Assembly: GCA_001179505.1 (NCBI GenBank)
Contig: CDMY01001019.1
Location: 62,001 to 126,000 of the forward strand
Origin: Vitrella brassicaformis CCMP3155
Taxonomy: Eukaryota > Protista > Chromerida
Direction: 5' to 3'
DNA length: 64,000 bases
Every line of letters starts with the position of its first letter. The stretch's first letter is position 1. Below, one piece after another: positions 39,707 to 53,300 of the stretch. The position numbers were made by a program, and so were the translations under genes. Under the pieces are notes generated by a model. That model made no database searches. It had not been told where the DNA came from and saw only the letters and a list, made by a program, of their open reading frames with translations.

Positions 39707-42009
39707 ATGCGCGTTGTCTTTGCTTTGGTGGTGTGCGGTGCGCTGCCCCTGTGCGCAGTTGGGTGGTACCTGCCCGGGGTGGCGCCCAAGAACTACCAGA
39801 AGAGCGAGCCAGTGGAGCTGACGGTCAACAAGCTGACCAGCGTGCAGACGCAGCTTCCGTACAGCTACTACCACCTGCCCTTTTGCCGTCCAGAGGCGAT
39901 AGACAGGTCGCCCGAAAACATCGGCGAGGTGCTGGCGGGCGACGTCATCCAGAGCTCCAGCTACGACATCAAGATGCTCGAGGAAAAAACCTGCACCACC
40001 CTGTGCACCGTCCCTCTCAAGGATAAGGCCGACAGCGGCAAAGACAAAGACGAAGACAAGCAAGCCAAGGAGGGAGGGAGAGACAAGCCGGCGTTGAACG
40101 AGTTCAAGAGGGCCATCAAGGAGGAGTACTTCGTCAACTGGATCGTCGACAACCTGCCGGCCGCCATGAAGTACCCCATCTCTGAGGACAACTTCGCCTA
40201 TATAGCGGGATTCCCTGTGGGCTACGCCACCGATGGCGACAAGGCCGAGGACAAGACGGCCTTTCTGCACAACCACGTGGACATCCTCCTCAAGTACCAC
40301 CCCATCAAGACACACCCCACCATGTCGCAGCTCGACTTCGGCGTCACCACCGAGGCCTACCGCATCGTCGGCTTTGAGGTCAAGCCGAGGAGCATCAGCT
40401 GGCCCGCCGACAAGATCAAGGACATCAGACCAAACGCCGACTGTAGCAACCTCATCAGCGAGTAAGAAGCCATGGATGGCACTGCCGGCCTGACTGCCAC
40501 ACACGCGCAATCAGTCGTCGATACCACCTCGCACACGCTCTCTCTGTGTATCTGTGTGCGCGTGTGTGTCAGCAACGGGATGGTTCCCTTAGATTTGGAG
40601 AAGGGCGATGCGGAGCAGGTGCTGTTCTCCTACTCGGTGCAGTGGGAAGAGAGCGAGATCAAGTGGGCGTCGCGGTGGGACCCCTACCTCAACATGACCG
40701 ACTCGCGCATCCACTGGTTCTCGATCGTCAACTCCTTGATGGTGGTCGTCTTCCTCTCGGGCATGATCGCTCTCATCCTCATACGCATCCTACTCAGGGA
40801 CATCTCGCGCTACAATGCCGACGGGCTCGTCGTCGACACACTGGAGGGGCAGCAGGAGGAAACCGGATGGAAACTTGTGCACGCCGGTACAAATGCACCT
40901 ATCTGACTTAGCGAGTGCTTGCTTGTGATCCATCCGCAAATCGATGGATGGTCTGTGGTTGGTGGTGGGTGTCTGCAGATGTCTTCCGCCCCCCGCCCGG
41001 CTCTTCTCTGCTGGCTGTGTGCGTGGCGTCGGGGCTGCAGATCCTGGGCATGACTGTGGTGACGGTGGCCATCTCGGCGCTGGGCCTGGTGTCCCCCGCC
41101 CGCCGTGGTGGCCTGCTTGTCGCCATGCTGGTGCTCTTCGCCGGAATGGGGTGCATGGCGGGGTACATGGGGGCGCGGCTGCACAAGTACTTCGAGCAGT
41201 CTAAGCTGTCGCACATGATCAACCACGGCATGAAGCCGCAGAGCCTGAAGGGCGTCTATCATGACGGCGAGGAGGTGGATGTGATTGTGACGGGTGCCTA
41301 CGGCCAGACGAGCGTCAGCTGGATGACGGCGGTGCTCTTCCCAGGGCTGACCTTCGCCATCTTTTTCGTGCTGGATCTCTTCATCTGGGCGAAGAACTCT
41401 TCGGGAGCGGTGCCCTTCTCGACGCTGGTGACGCTGCTGGTACTGTGGTTCGGCATGTCGGTGCCTCTGGTGATGCTGGGGGCGAGTATGGGGTACAAGA
41501 AGGCGAGCTACAAGAATCCGGTGCGGACGAACCAGATCCCGCGGAACATCCCGCAGCAGCACTGGCTGACCCACCCGCTGCTCAACTGCCTCGTGGGCGG
41601 CATCCTGCCCTTCGGGGCCGTCTTCACCGAGCTGCTCTTCATCCTGTCGTCCATATGGCAGCACCAGTTCTACTACCTCTTCGGCTTCCTCTTCCTGGTT
41701 TTGGCCATCCTGGTCCTCACCTGTGCCGAGACGTCCATCGCCTTCACGTACGTCCACCTGACGAGCGAGAACTACCACTGGTGGTGGCGCAGCTTCCTGG
41801 CCAGCGGCACGTCCGCCCTCTACGTGTTCCTCTACTCGGTGCTCTACTCGACCACCAGGCTGAATCTGACGGGCTTTGTGCCGCAGCTCATCTACTACGG
41901 ATACACCACCATCATCAGCTACGCATTCTTCCTCCTCACCGGAGCGGTCGGCTTCCTCGCCACACTCATGTTCGTCAGGGCCATCTACGCATCCGTGAAA
42001 GTCGACTAG
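39707..42009 (+). CDS. TM9SF: Transmembrane 9 superfamily protein (EMP70/TM9SF2-4 type), 3 exons
   Basis: Signal peptide followed by WYLPGVAP, VNKLTSVQTQLPYSYYHLPFC, WASRWDPYL, IHWFSIVNS, EETGWKLVH|DVFRPP, NPVRTNQIPRNIP, GGILPFGAVFTELLF, ENYHWWWRSF and C-terminal IYASVKVD. Confidence 0.97.
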
Positions 42010-43288
42010 TCGACCCCACGGACCGTCTCTCTCACACCAACGAGCGCACCGGCCGACCCACCGACCGCATCAATGACGTGTTTTATGCACACATAGAGGG
42101 GGGAAGGGGAGATATAGGCGTAGGTCCTGTAGGGGGCCTATGTGCATCCAAGTGTGTGAGATGCGTATAGAGAGACATACATATGCGTGTGTATGCGCCA
42201 CTCACTGCGAAGAAAGTGCGGTGAGCTGTGTGCCTGTCCACTTACTCTATTCGCTCACGCAGCCAGCCAGCTAGATGTTGTGTGGCCGCTTTTTCGGTCT
42301 CCTTCTCTCTCCCTCTCTCTCTCTCTCGTTCTCTCTGCATGTGTTTTATGTGTACGTGTGTGTGTTTCTCTGTGTACACGCACATACGCACTGGGTGGGT
42401 GGGTGGATGGATGGATGGTGGGTTTTCCCTTTCGTGTTGATTGGATAGCATATTGCGTACTCACCGGCCAACTTGTGGCTGTGAGAAATTCATTCCATTC
42501 CCTCTGCTCAGACTGTCTTGGCGAACGGCTCTCACGACAGGCAGCATGTGTAATGTGCACATACATGCTGGGCGTGTGGATGGATGGATAAATGGATGGA
42601 TGGATCTCATTTGGTGCGTGTGTGTATGGGTGTGTGGGTGTCTATCTCGTCAACCTTTATCTGTGAGTGTGTGTGTGTGTACAGACAGACAGCTGTCGAA
42701 AGAGCTGTACCGTGGCTGGGTTGGCGTCCATTGACTGCATTCCTTGCGTGGCGTGACATGGCGTGGCGTGGCGTGTGGGTTGTCCGGCCGGGCGGCCGGC
42801 CGGCCGCCACGCGCGACAAGGCAATCAATGCGGTGGAGCCCAGTCCACACACACACGGTCATCTGAGATGTGTGTGAATGAGGTGCGGCAAGGGAGGGAA
42901 GAAATCACTCACTCCTCATGGCTGAATGAATGGGTAGAATGGGTGGGCTCTCGCGTATGTGATGTGTGCAAATACATAACAATATGTCATATGGACGTAC
43001 GTGGCTTAGACAAAGGCGTTGTTACGACGCCTCGATATACATACATAATGAGTGATCTATGGATGTGTCTGAGTCAGTCAGTGGGCGCTCACTTCACTCC
43101 GTGCGTGACTCAATCGATATCCCCCATGGCCGCCAACCAACCAACCCACCAGCCAAAACCGAGCGACCACCGCCTTGGCTGCTCCTCGATCATCACGGCA
43201 AAACACATACATACTCATAGACTCACTCCCATTGATCAATCCACTCTCTCACTCGCTGCCAGCCACCATGTGTGCCTGTCGTCAGTAG

Positions 43289-45726
43289 TCAGTATCTGAG
43301 TCCCTCGGGCCGTCCTGTGATCCCTCGGGCTTCCCTGCAAGCAACAAACACCAGCCAGAGGAACACACGACCGACCATTGGAAGTGCAGCGCCCCTCCCT
43401 CCCTCCCTGCATCCCACCCACCTGTCGAGAGCTTCATCGACCAAATCCTGCCACGAGTCGGGGAGCTTGCGCAGCAGGTATCGGTAGCTCTTGTTGGGAG
43501 CGCACCGCACCAGGTGGACGATGCGGCGGATCTCCTGGCTCGTGAAGACTTCGTGCTCCGCCTCCATGTAACCCAGGCACGAGGCAAGCAGGCCAATCCT
43601 GTCGACCTCATCCGCCACCAACGACGTGGTAGTGCTCTTCTCGTCGTGGTGGCCTTCTGCCGTGTCGCTGGACTGGACGACGACATGTCCCTCGCCCGCC
43701 GCACTCTCAGCAATCTGGCGGGCTGGCTCCTCCGAGGCGACCGGTGGCTGCTGGTCCGTGTGTGGTGCTGCGAAGTGTGGGTCGTTTGGGTCGGTTGGGA
43801 GGTAGCTGCGGCGAACGCAGACGAGGAAGAAGAAGGAGAAGTCGGTGCGGCTCATGTCAGCCACGCGCATGTGGTGGTGGCGGCAGATGCGTGCTAACAC
43901 CGGCGCAGGCTGACAGCATGATCAACACAACACAACACAACACAGCAAACACAGATGCTTAATGCATCCTCGCTGCAGAGATGACGTCCCCACCCAACCA
44001 ACCAACCACGCACCGAAGGCAGCGCCTGTGCAAGCCGCGCGAACTCGCCGGCCGTGAAGCCATCCGCATGGCCCTCGATCTGTGGAAACGCATACACCAA
44101 CACAGACAGACAGACAGACAGACAGACGGACAGACGTCCATCGGCCCTTTCCTTCTGCTCCGTTCCTCCCTCTTTGGCTGGCTGGCTGGCTGACCATTGG
44201 ATAGAGCGTCGGGAGGACCCTATCGAGCATGCCGAACCTGGCCCACGTCCAGACTGCCTTTGCGAGGAATCTGGGTGTGAGTCCGGTGGTGAGTGTGGGG
44301 TTGACGAGGTCGAGGGTGGCCCTCTCCAGCAGCCTGGGGTGCAATATCTGCAGCCTCGACAGCGACCACATGTTGGTGATGGTGTGCAGCAGCGTCGTCT
44401 GCGGGTACTTCCGCTCGATCTCCGGCAGCAGGATGTTCAGCAAAACCATGTCCTGCTTCGTCGCACCTGAGGCAACCAAGGAACACACACGCACGTCAAA
44501 CAGAACGACACAATGGAACGCAATGGAAAACAGGCGCAGCCGGAGTGATATGCTTGTGCCGTCTGTGTGTGTGTGGAGCTTCCTTCCTTGCCTTCTCTGA
44601 CATGGTCGGCAATGGCGTAGAGGACGTCGTTGAGTTCGAATGAGTCGAAGGTGGCGACGCAGTCCCTGATTTGTGGCAGCATGTAGTCGATCAGCTCTTG
44701 CGGCACGGGGTCCAGCTTGGCCATCACGCGATACACACCCAACAGATTCAAAGGACTGAACTCCTCAAACATCTCCTACACACACATAGCACAGCACACA
44801 TGACACACATGGCACACAGAGAAAGAAATCCCCACATTCGCGCCCTCCAACCCTTCCGCCCCGACTCCCCCACCTCCCACCCCACGCACCCAAATCTTGT
44901 CGACTAGCATGTTCCAGAGTTCCAGGTCGTTGGGTGCCAGCTCGTACATGGGCCAGAGAAGTGTCATGACGTCCTCTGGCTGGAAGCCCACCAGCCGGTC
45001 CTTGATCCACGTGGTCAGCTGGTTCACCAGCACCGCCTGCTGGAAAGGCATCCTCGCGTACGCCTGTGAAAGGCGCGCCAGCTCTGCGGGCGTGTAGACG
45101 CGCAGTGAAAAGACGATTTGGTGCTCGAGGTGTGGCATGAGGGTCTTCTCGAGGTAGTCCTCGGGTATCTTGGCCACCTCGACGACCGCCTTCCTCGGGT
45201 CCTGCGTGATGCGCTGGGGCTCCTTGATCATCTCGTCGATGTCGACCATTGGCGGGTGCTGCGCCAGGTCGACCAGAGGGTTGCCCGGCGGCCGGGACAT
45301 CTCGTACTGGATGCGGGCCTTCTTGATCATCTGCTCACCCAGAAGCCCGCCGTCAGGGGCGGTGGACACCCAACCATCCCGGATGTCGCGGTCCAGCAAC
45401 TCACTCGGCTTGTACGTGGGCGCCAGGCCAGTCGTCACCTCGGTCGAAAGCTCACCCCCCTCCTCTCTCGGCACCACACTCGTGTCGCTGCCCTCTCCTC
45501 CTTGCAACTCGACAGACGATGCATCGCCTTTGTCCGTCGTGAGGCTGTCGTCGGCGTCTTGGCTGTCGTCTGCCTTAGGGCGGGCGAGGCTGGACTGATG
45601 CCGGCGATGGTGAGTGAGGGGCAGCAGCAGAGAGGGCCAGCGGCTGTAGGGATGATGGGTGAGCGAAGCCGATGATGCAGATGAACGCAACAAATGACGA
45701 GATCTCATCCGCCGAAAGATCATCAT
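43289..45726 (-). CDS. Mitochondrial-type helical-repeat (HPR-like) protein, multi-exon
   Basis: R/S-rich presequence MMIFRRMRSRHLLRSS. Repeats of about 37 aa include YTPAELARLSQAYARM, FQPEDVMTLLWPM, FSPLNLLGVYRVMAKL, FDSFELNDVLYAIA, LTPRFLAKAVWTWARFG and FTAGEFARLAQAL. Confidence 0.65.
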
Positions 45727-48249
45727 GTCCAGGCACAGACAGAGCCGAGCGCCACCTTCTGCTTCCTTCCCCTCCCAGCTCCCAAGCTGCCATCCGACTG
45801 CCGCCTAGGGTGCTCCCTGAAACTGCTGCGCCGACTGCTCGGCGATCACACGACCGCTTCCCCCCCTTCTTCCACTCCCCTCCACCACTGAACCATTCTA
45901 ACCACCATCTCGCCATTGCACCCGTCGAATTGGACCTCTAATGCTGAAGTGCTGTGCGTACCGCAGAAGCGAGCGCCAAGAAGCATGGTACGAAAGCATG
46001 GCAGTGAGTGGGTCCATACAAGCTGCTCACTGTGTCTGTCTGTGGACAAACAATGGTGGTGGCACGGTGGTGCATGCAGGCAAGCCATCAACTCATTGAT
46101 GGGAGGGGCTACCTCTCCCATGCTGCTCGACCGCACTGCAGCGGCCGACCCCCAGCTCATTCGTGTGAGAGAGAACTCAGACGAGAAAGGCAAACAGGCA
46201 AGTCAATAACTATTCCATCCCTCTCCTCTTGTCGTTGTATGCCTCAGAATCTGTTTGAGCCACTTCCACCAGGCACCGCGACAATTGCAGCCCCTGCAGC
46301 AACCGCAACGCCCAGCGCTCCTCCCACAGCCTCCCCGGTGTCCCAGGTGCAGCCAGCGTAGAAGCCCCAGAGAAGACGGAGGCCAAAAAGCGCCGAGCAA
46401 GACACCGCAGCAAGCCCCACAGCACGACGTACGAAATATCCGCCCAGACAGATCCACCCACTTTCGTTGTCTGACACGATGCAGATGGCGTCCAACGAAT
46501 GGCGTCTACTACTTCGGGGAAGGGAGCAAAAGTCGGTTGGGGTGATGGTGGGAAGGAGCAGTCGCCGATGAGACATCAGGTGAGAGGCATCACATCACAT
46601 CATATTATCACACCTACATGCCATGCAGAGCGTGTCTGTCTGGTGTGTTCCGTTGGCTTCTGCACAATCAGAGCACACTCCGTCAGCTCCAGGCGCGAAA
46701 GACATTGGACGATAGTGCCTCTTCAAAGATCGGCAGTGCACGTGAGCCACCGTACGTAAGGCACACCAAATCACTGCTCTTCATGCTATTGGCGATAGGC
46801 AGTCTATGATGAGCAAATTATGGGCGCAACACCCGTTCCCGAGGTGGGTTGGATAAGACGCACAAAACATATCCCCGAAGCAGCTCACGCAATTGCCTTC
46901 ATGTCTCCAGGAAGCCTCGTCGAAGGACCTGAGGGAACAGAGAATGAGGGATCTCCAGGGCACACTGAGAGGCTTTGTAGACGTCGGGGGCATTCTCGGG
47001 AGAAGATGGCTTGCGGTACGCTGACTTGTCAATGACTCACACATGCGTACCCAAGGACGATTACACGGACCTCACCAATCCACCCATTATCGAGAGCGGT
47101 GTGTGTGTCCCCCGTGCGTCTTAGGTGGTATTGGTGACTCCTGCTTCTGGCGAGGGCGCTCATTACTACCTGAGGTTCTTCGCAAACGAAAGAAAAGCCG
47201 CAAAGGCGGGGCCGTTATCGGAGGAAAGCAAAGCCAGGTAAATAGAGCCACCATCATGTTAACAACAAGAAAATACCAGACGGACGGTGGCTGTGCAATT
47301 GTGCAATTTTCAGCGATATCAACGCAAGACACATAAAGGACATCAGGATGTCGCCGCGTTCTGATGGCGAGTTCACGCTCCTCGTCGACAGGAAGGGCAC
47401 CGGCGCGTCTGACGAAACCATCCGGCTGCAATGCCCAGACGTACGCGTGGGTATACGTGCCCTACTTACTGTACACGGTGATACACGATAATGGCAGACA
47501 TTCACTTGTCTGTGTGTGTGTGTGTGTGTATACGCTGATGGGCAGAGAGCTGAGCGTGACAGATGGGTACACGGACTGTCCCTGTTTCTGAAAGAGCTGT
47601 CCGAGGGCACAGAGGTCAGAAAGAGGGATAGTGGCAGGTCGAGAAGCGTGGAGAGACGTCAGTAGCTAGGGGGATCCTTTCCGCAAAATGGGTCGTGCAC
47701 TGACTGCATCTATTGAGTTTGTGGCTGTAAGCAGGTGTTTCACCGTGCGTGTGCTGCGACCCACACAGTGCTGATGATGTATGCATTACTTCGGCTGAGC
47801 CATGCACAAAGCCGGCATATGAAGACACATCAGGGCCACATGAGTTTTGGCATCTTAATTTGGCAACTGAATAACCGACACAGCCCCACATGTATCATGC
47901 AGAAGCAGGGATGCACGCACCGACTTTGCCCGCCTCGCTGACCGACAGACGGACACTCCACCTAATCTTCGCCTCCACACCATTACTCAAAAAACGGAAA
48001 AGTCAAGCTATGTTATTTATTTATCTGCTCATGCTTGCCATCACTGGCAGACACGATCGGTTGGACAGACCAAAAAACAAATGGCTGGCAAGATGTTGCT
48101 TTTTCTTTGTCTAGCTAATTTACATACACAACACATCCAAGGCACATCATGACCGTCAGCCACACGTATGAACAGCCCGGATACTGCATGAAAGGAATGC
48201 ATCAGGTTGCCTGGCATTCACATCACATACATACACTTCCCTCCGTCAC

Positions 48250-49450
48250 TTATTTCTTATCTAGCCACGGCCACGAGACCATTGGCTTCACCCCGACCTC
48301 CTTGTCGGGGTCCTCCAGCCGCTCGATGATGTAGTCCAACACGCGCTGGCGCCCTCGCCATCGTCGTCGAAAACGTTCCATGGGTCCGTCGTCGAAACGA
48401 ATTTGTTTTGGTCCTTGTCGTACCACTTCATGTGCCACGTCTCCCCGTCAGTGTACGCGCAGTGCTTGATGTCATTGCGATGGCAGAGCCACTTGAGGTC
48501 CTTTCGACCCTTAGAACGAATCCAGGCCCCCAGCAAGACAGCAAACTGTGTCCCATCCCTGATTGATTGCACACACAATACGCGTGTACAGGAAATCACG
48601 TACTGCTTCGTTGCTCGCTGTCTCATTTAGTGTGTTGTACGCATACCCTTTCCACGGGTAGTCGCCGTAGCTGTCCTTCTGTAGAAATCAGCAGTGTGCA
48701 GTCGTCGTGTTTTCCATCCGGCCCGTCGGTGGCGCTCACGAGGACCCGCCACTCTGTTGGCATGACCAACTGCTGCATCTGAGACAAGCAGAGAGGTGAG
48801 AGGGATAAATTTCCAACCGAACGCCACAGAACACGTGGGTTAACACAATCGATCGATGCCTGGCTGTATTTGTCGTCGCGTCATACGAGATCTCTCTGCC
48901 TGCTGCCTGCCTGCCTGCCTGTCTGTCTGTGTACCAGTGGCCAGAAGTAGTAGCCGCCGGCCATTGCCGCCTGGGAACGCACATTCACCTCCAGCATCCT
49001 GAAGGAACAGACACACGCGCACACAACATCCGGACTACATATGTTGCCTGTAAATGCTGCATTTTGGTGGTGTGTATTGATTGCAGTCAGGCACACACTT
49101 TCACTCACTTGCCAAGGATTCCCTTAACATCGTCACCGTCTGTTGCATCGACAAAAAATTGACGGAGGGCGTGTGGAAGACTTTTGGCAGGGGCTTCATC
49201 CGATTGGCTTTGATGATCGCTTGGTGCTGGCGAAGCATCTGAGCAGAAACGGATTCATCATCATCCTCCTCGTCGACAGCCTCCTGCATGCATCAATCAG
49301 GACACGCGCACACAGCACATCTATCTATCATCTCTCCACGTGAAGTGCAGTCGGCCACTGTGCGTCCTCACCTCCGGAACTTGTGGTGATGCGGTAGGCT
49401 CCACAGGCGGCGACGCCTTCGTGCGACTTCGTCCGTGGCGGACCACCTGC
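48250..49450 (-). CDS. Hypothetical multi-exon gene, probably frameshifted near 48390
   Basis: Phase-compatible exons EAVDEEDDDESVSAQMLRQ... / RMLEVNVRSQAAMAGGYYFWPL / MQQLVMPTEWRVLVS.... The last exon appears to switch between two coding-like frames. Confidence 0.35.
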
Positions 49451-49896
49451 AGAAGCACACGCAAACTACTGAACACCTGATAGTGAGTGCATCTGTCTGT
49501 CCAATTCGCTCGCCTTGTCTGCCTGGTTTCCCGGGACGTACTTTCGCAGGATCCCATTGATGCCTGGACCGGGGAATATGAGGAAGGAAGAAGAGGCTCG
49601 GACAAGCGAAGGCAAGCAGACGAGGGGAAGACAGAAAAGCATTGCCGGGAGCGGCGGCACCCGGGGAGAACGGTTTCACGACAGAAACCACTTCCTTTAT
49701 CGCGCACAGTTTCTCTCTTTGGAGTCGGCGGCGGATGGATCTCCCTGGCAGATGCGCGTCCTCAGCACTCGATGTAGGCATGCCACAAAACACAGGGAAA
49801 GGCTGGGCGAGAGATGCAGATGCGATGCACGCACTGTGTCTGTCTGCTGTGTGTGCGTTCACGCCTCAGCCGAGCAGGTCTCGTGGAGGTCATGGT

Positions 49897-52574
49897 ATGG
49901 CCGTCGCCGCGTCAGAAGTCCACAAGATGAATGGCGATTCAGGCAAAGTGGCATCGACTCGAAGGTATCCCCGAGGTGCCGGCGATGATGTAGAGGAGTT
50001 TGATTGTCTCGCCGAGCGCCTGCTGCCCGTGCTGCGCGAGTATCTCGGTGCCAACAACGAGCTGCAGACGGCCGTGGTTGACCTGAAGGACCCCGCGGAG
50101 CTGTGCAAGCTGCTGGATGCCGACATCAGGGGCCACGGCGTCGGCCTGGTGAGTGAGATCAAAACGCTCAGGACGGCCCGTGACTGGTGTGAGTGTTTTT
50201 GCGCTTGACTGACTTACTGTCTTGCTTGCCTTGCTGCTGGGCTGGGTGTGGTGTCTGATTGTCAGGATGAGTTGCAGCGGCTCTTTCAGCTTGCACTCAA
50301 GTACAGGTAGGTACTCACGGAAGGGTGCGTGGGTAGTGAGTGACATGTGGAGAGAGAGAGACCCCCACCCCTCCCCCACCGCTGCTCCCTCTTGTTTCTC
50401 TCTGCCTGCCACCTCACCTCCCATCACCTCATCCTGTCTGTCTGCCTGTGTGTCTGTCTGTTCGTATCAGCGTGCGGACGGGCCATCCTCTGTTTCTGGA
50501 CAAGCTGTACACGGGCACCGACCCCGTGGGCCAGTTCGCAGAGCTGCTGACATCCATCCTCAACACCAACGTCCACGCATACCACGTCTCGCCCGTCTTC
50601 TCCGTCGTCGAGATCCGCACCATCCACACCGTCGCGTCGCTCATCGGCTACTCGACCGGAGGCCTATCACGTGACAGGGATGACTACGGCGGCGACGGGG
50701 TGTTCTGCCCGGGCGGGAGCTACTGCAACATGATGGCCATGCTGTGCGCCAGAGACCGGGCCTTCCCCCATATGCAGACCGACGGCGTGCGGCCAGACGA
50801 CAGGCCCATCAGCTTCACATCGGAACACGTAAGCAAGCGGGGCGTCCGAGGGAGTCCGTTCATGAGTGAGTGAATCAAGTGGCTTTAGTATGTGTTGTGT
50901 TGTGTTGTGTTGTGTGTGTATGTCAGGGTCACTACTCGGTGCGGAACGCGTCGCTCATGTTGGGGCTGGGTACTCATAGTGTGGCCAAGGTGCGGTGCGA
51001 CAAGTCAGGGAGGATAGACGTGGATTCCCTAAGGCGTCAGTGCGGCGAGGCCAGGCGAGCGGGCCGGCGGGTCTTCTTCATCAGCTGCACCGCTGGAACC
51101 ACCGTCTGCGGCGCATACGACCCCATTGACCAACTCGCCGAGGTCAGTTAGTCAGTCAGTCAGACAGACGAGCCGCACATTCTTGCTACGTCATTCATTC
51201 ATCCATTCGTCGTGTCGATTGGCTTCCTCCGTGCATGTCTTGGCGTGTGTGTTCGTTGGTCAGGTTGCTCGCGAGTACGGTGCGTGGCTGCACGTGGACG
51301 GCGCCTGGGGCGGCAGTGTGATCGTCAGCCACAAACATAAACACCTCATCAAGGTCACAGCACACCAACGACACACACACCACACCCACTGGGCGTTTAT
51401 CGTGCCTGTCTGTCTGTATGTATGTTGCCATTAATTGATGTCAGGGCATCGACAAGAGCGACAGCTTCGCGTGGTGTCCCCACAAGGCCCTTGGCGTGCC
51501 GCTCACGTGCTCAATGCTCATCGTCAAAGAGAGGGGAAGGCTCGAGCGGGCCACGGGACACCACAGCAACACAGGTGCCGCGGCATACCTCCTGCACTCC
51601 CCTCCCTCCCAGGCCGCTGCCAGCAACGCCACTGCCGTGTCCAACGGTGTGGACACGCCGGCCGACACACCATCGGACGCCAGCCAAGATGACTGTTTGG
51701 CAATCTCCTACGTCCAGGGTAGGTCCAGGGGACGCAGGGAGGGATGGGGAGAGCATTCGTTGGTCGTGCAAGCCTGTGGTGTTGTGTGCAGGGAGCAAGA
51801 CGCTGCAATGCGGCCGTCACGGTGATGCGCTCAAGCTGTGGCTCATGTGGAAGTGGCAGGGGACCGATGGTATACAAACAGGACAAAAACAACGTGCACG
51901 AGCCTTCACTCGTTCGTTCACGCAGGTCTTGCCTCTCGCATCGACCTGGCCTTTTCCAACGCGGCCCACCTCACGGCAGAGATCAGGAGGAGACAACCGA
52001 CCTTCCAACCGGTCAGTGCGGTGTGGGTGCGGTCCCACAGGCAAACTGAATCGTGGCCACACGACCGACATTGGTTCCATGGGTGCGGTGCGTGTCTATG
52101 GCCGTCCTGTTTGTGTATGCGACGCGTAGGTGTTGGATGCGTTCGAGTCTCTGAACGTATGTTTTTGGTACGTGCCGGTCTTCCTGAGGGAGTTGATGCC
52201 GCCCAAAGGGTCGGCTGGCCTCGACAGCCGTGTCGACACCGAGACGCGAGCTCTCCTGGGCGCCGCCACAAGACACCTCAGACACGCCCTGCACGAAAAC
52301 GGTGCGTGGGCGACTTGGGCTTGAAATGCGGGAGAAAGGGAGAATGCCTTGCTCTGTGTCATTGGTCGTCTGTCGATCAGGCCGCATGTTGGTCGATTTT
52401 GCGTCCTTGAGTGACTGGGGTTATCCTCCGTTTTTCCGCGTGGTGATCAGCAGCCCCAAGGTGACTCCGGCCGCACTCGACATGGTGCTCAGCGAGATAG
52501 AGCGGCTGGGCGAGGCCATCACCTCACCAGGGCACCTCACTGCACCCACTCACGCAGTGAGAATGGATGGGTGA
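49897..52574 (+). CDS. Group II PLP-dependent amino-acid decarboxylase (GAD/CSAD/GADL1-like)
   Basis: YS|VRTGHPLFLDKL, DGVFCPGGSYCNMMAM, FTSEH|GHYSV, CTAGTTVCGAYDPI, WLHVDGAWGG, SFAWCPHKALGVPLTCS (PLP lysine), LQCGRHGDALKLWLMWK and FFRVVISSP. Confidence 0.92.
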
Positions 52575-53300
52575 CACAGACAGAATGCACGAAGGTGTCA
52601 AGTTTTGACAGGGAACGGAGGGAGAGGGGGGTGGGCCGTTGAGTATGTGATGCCTGTTTTGTTTGCATGACTGTGGGTGGAGGCAGGGGAGGGGGTCATG
52701 AGCGATCTCTGCTTAGTTTAAGGGTCTACCGATGCAGTCAGTGGTTTGCATGTCTTGCCATTTATTCATGATCATGATGCGTGGATGGACTCACAGTTTT
52801 GTGTCTGTCTGTCTGTCTGTCTGTCTACCTGTCTGCCCTGTCCGTCGGTGGCCTGTCGACGCGACAGGAATATCTGCTCCCGGCTGTCGGCGTGTCCCTT
52901 TTCCTGGCTGCACCGTGGTATCATGCGTATCATGCATGGGGAAGTTTGCTAGTGCGATCTGTTTGGTGTCTTCGGGTGTCTTGGTTGTGGTCGGAGCCAG
53001 GCAAGCAGAAGGGGACAAATGCATGTCAGCTGCTGCCGCTGTTCTCCAGTCGCCGTTGCATCGTTTTGATTTCGTCCGGCCATTGCCAACCTCGGATCGG
53101 TTCAACTTGGCCAAGTTGCGTGCGACCGGCCGCAACAAAGTTGAATGAAGCGACATGTGGCTCGATTCATGCAGCCTGAAGCTTGTCCAATAAGTGCTGT
53201 ACGAGCCTGGATCCGTCATAGGGTCTGACGTGACGACGCATCACCCCGGAGACGGGCGCCCCCAGGCACCCCCAAACGATTCTGAGTGTTTCTAGCTGCG

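Noticed and set aside
45916-47940. Short ORFs in the 46-48 kb interval
   Set aside because: I could not build a consistent exon chain or find a motif. Left unannotated.
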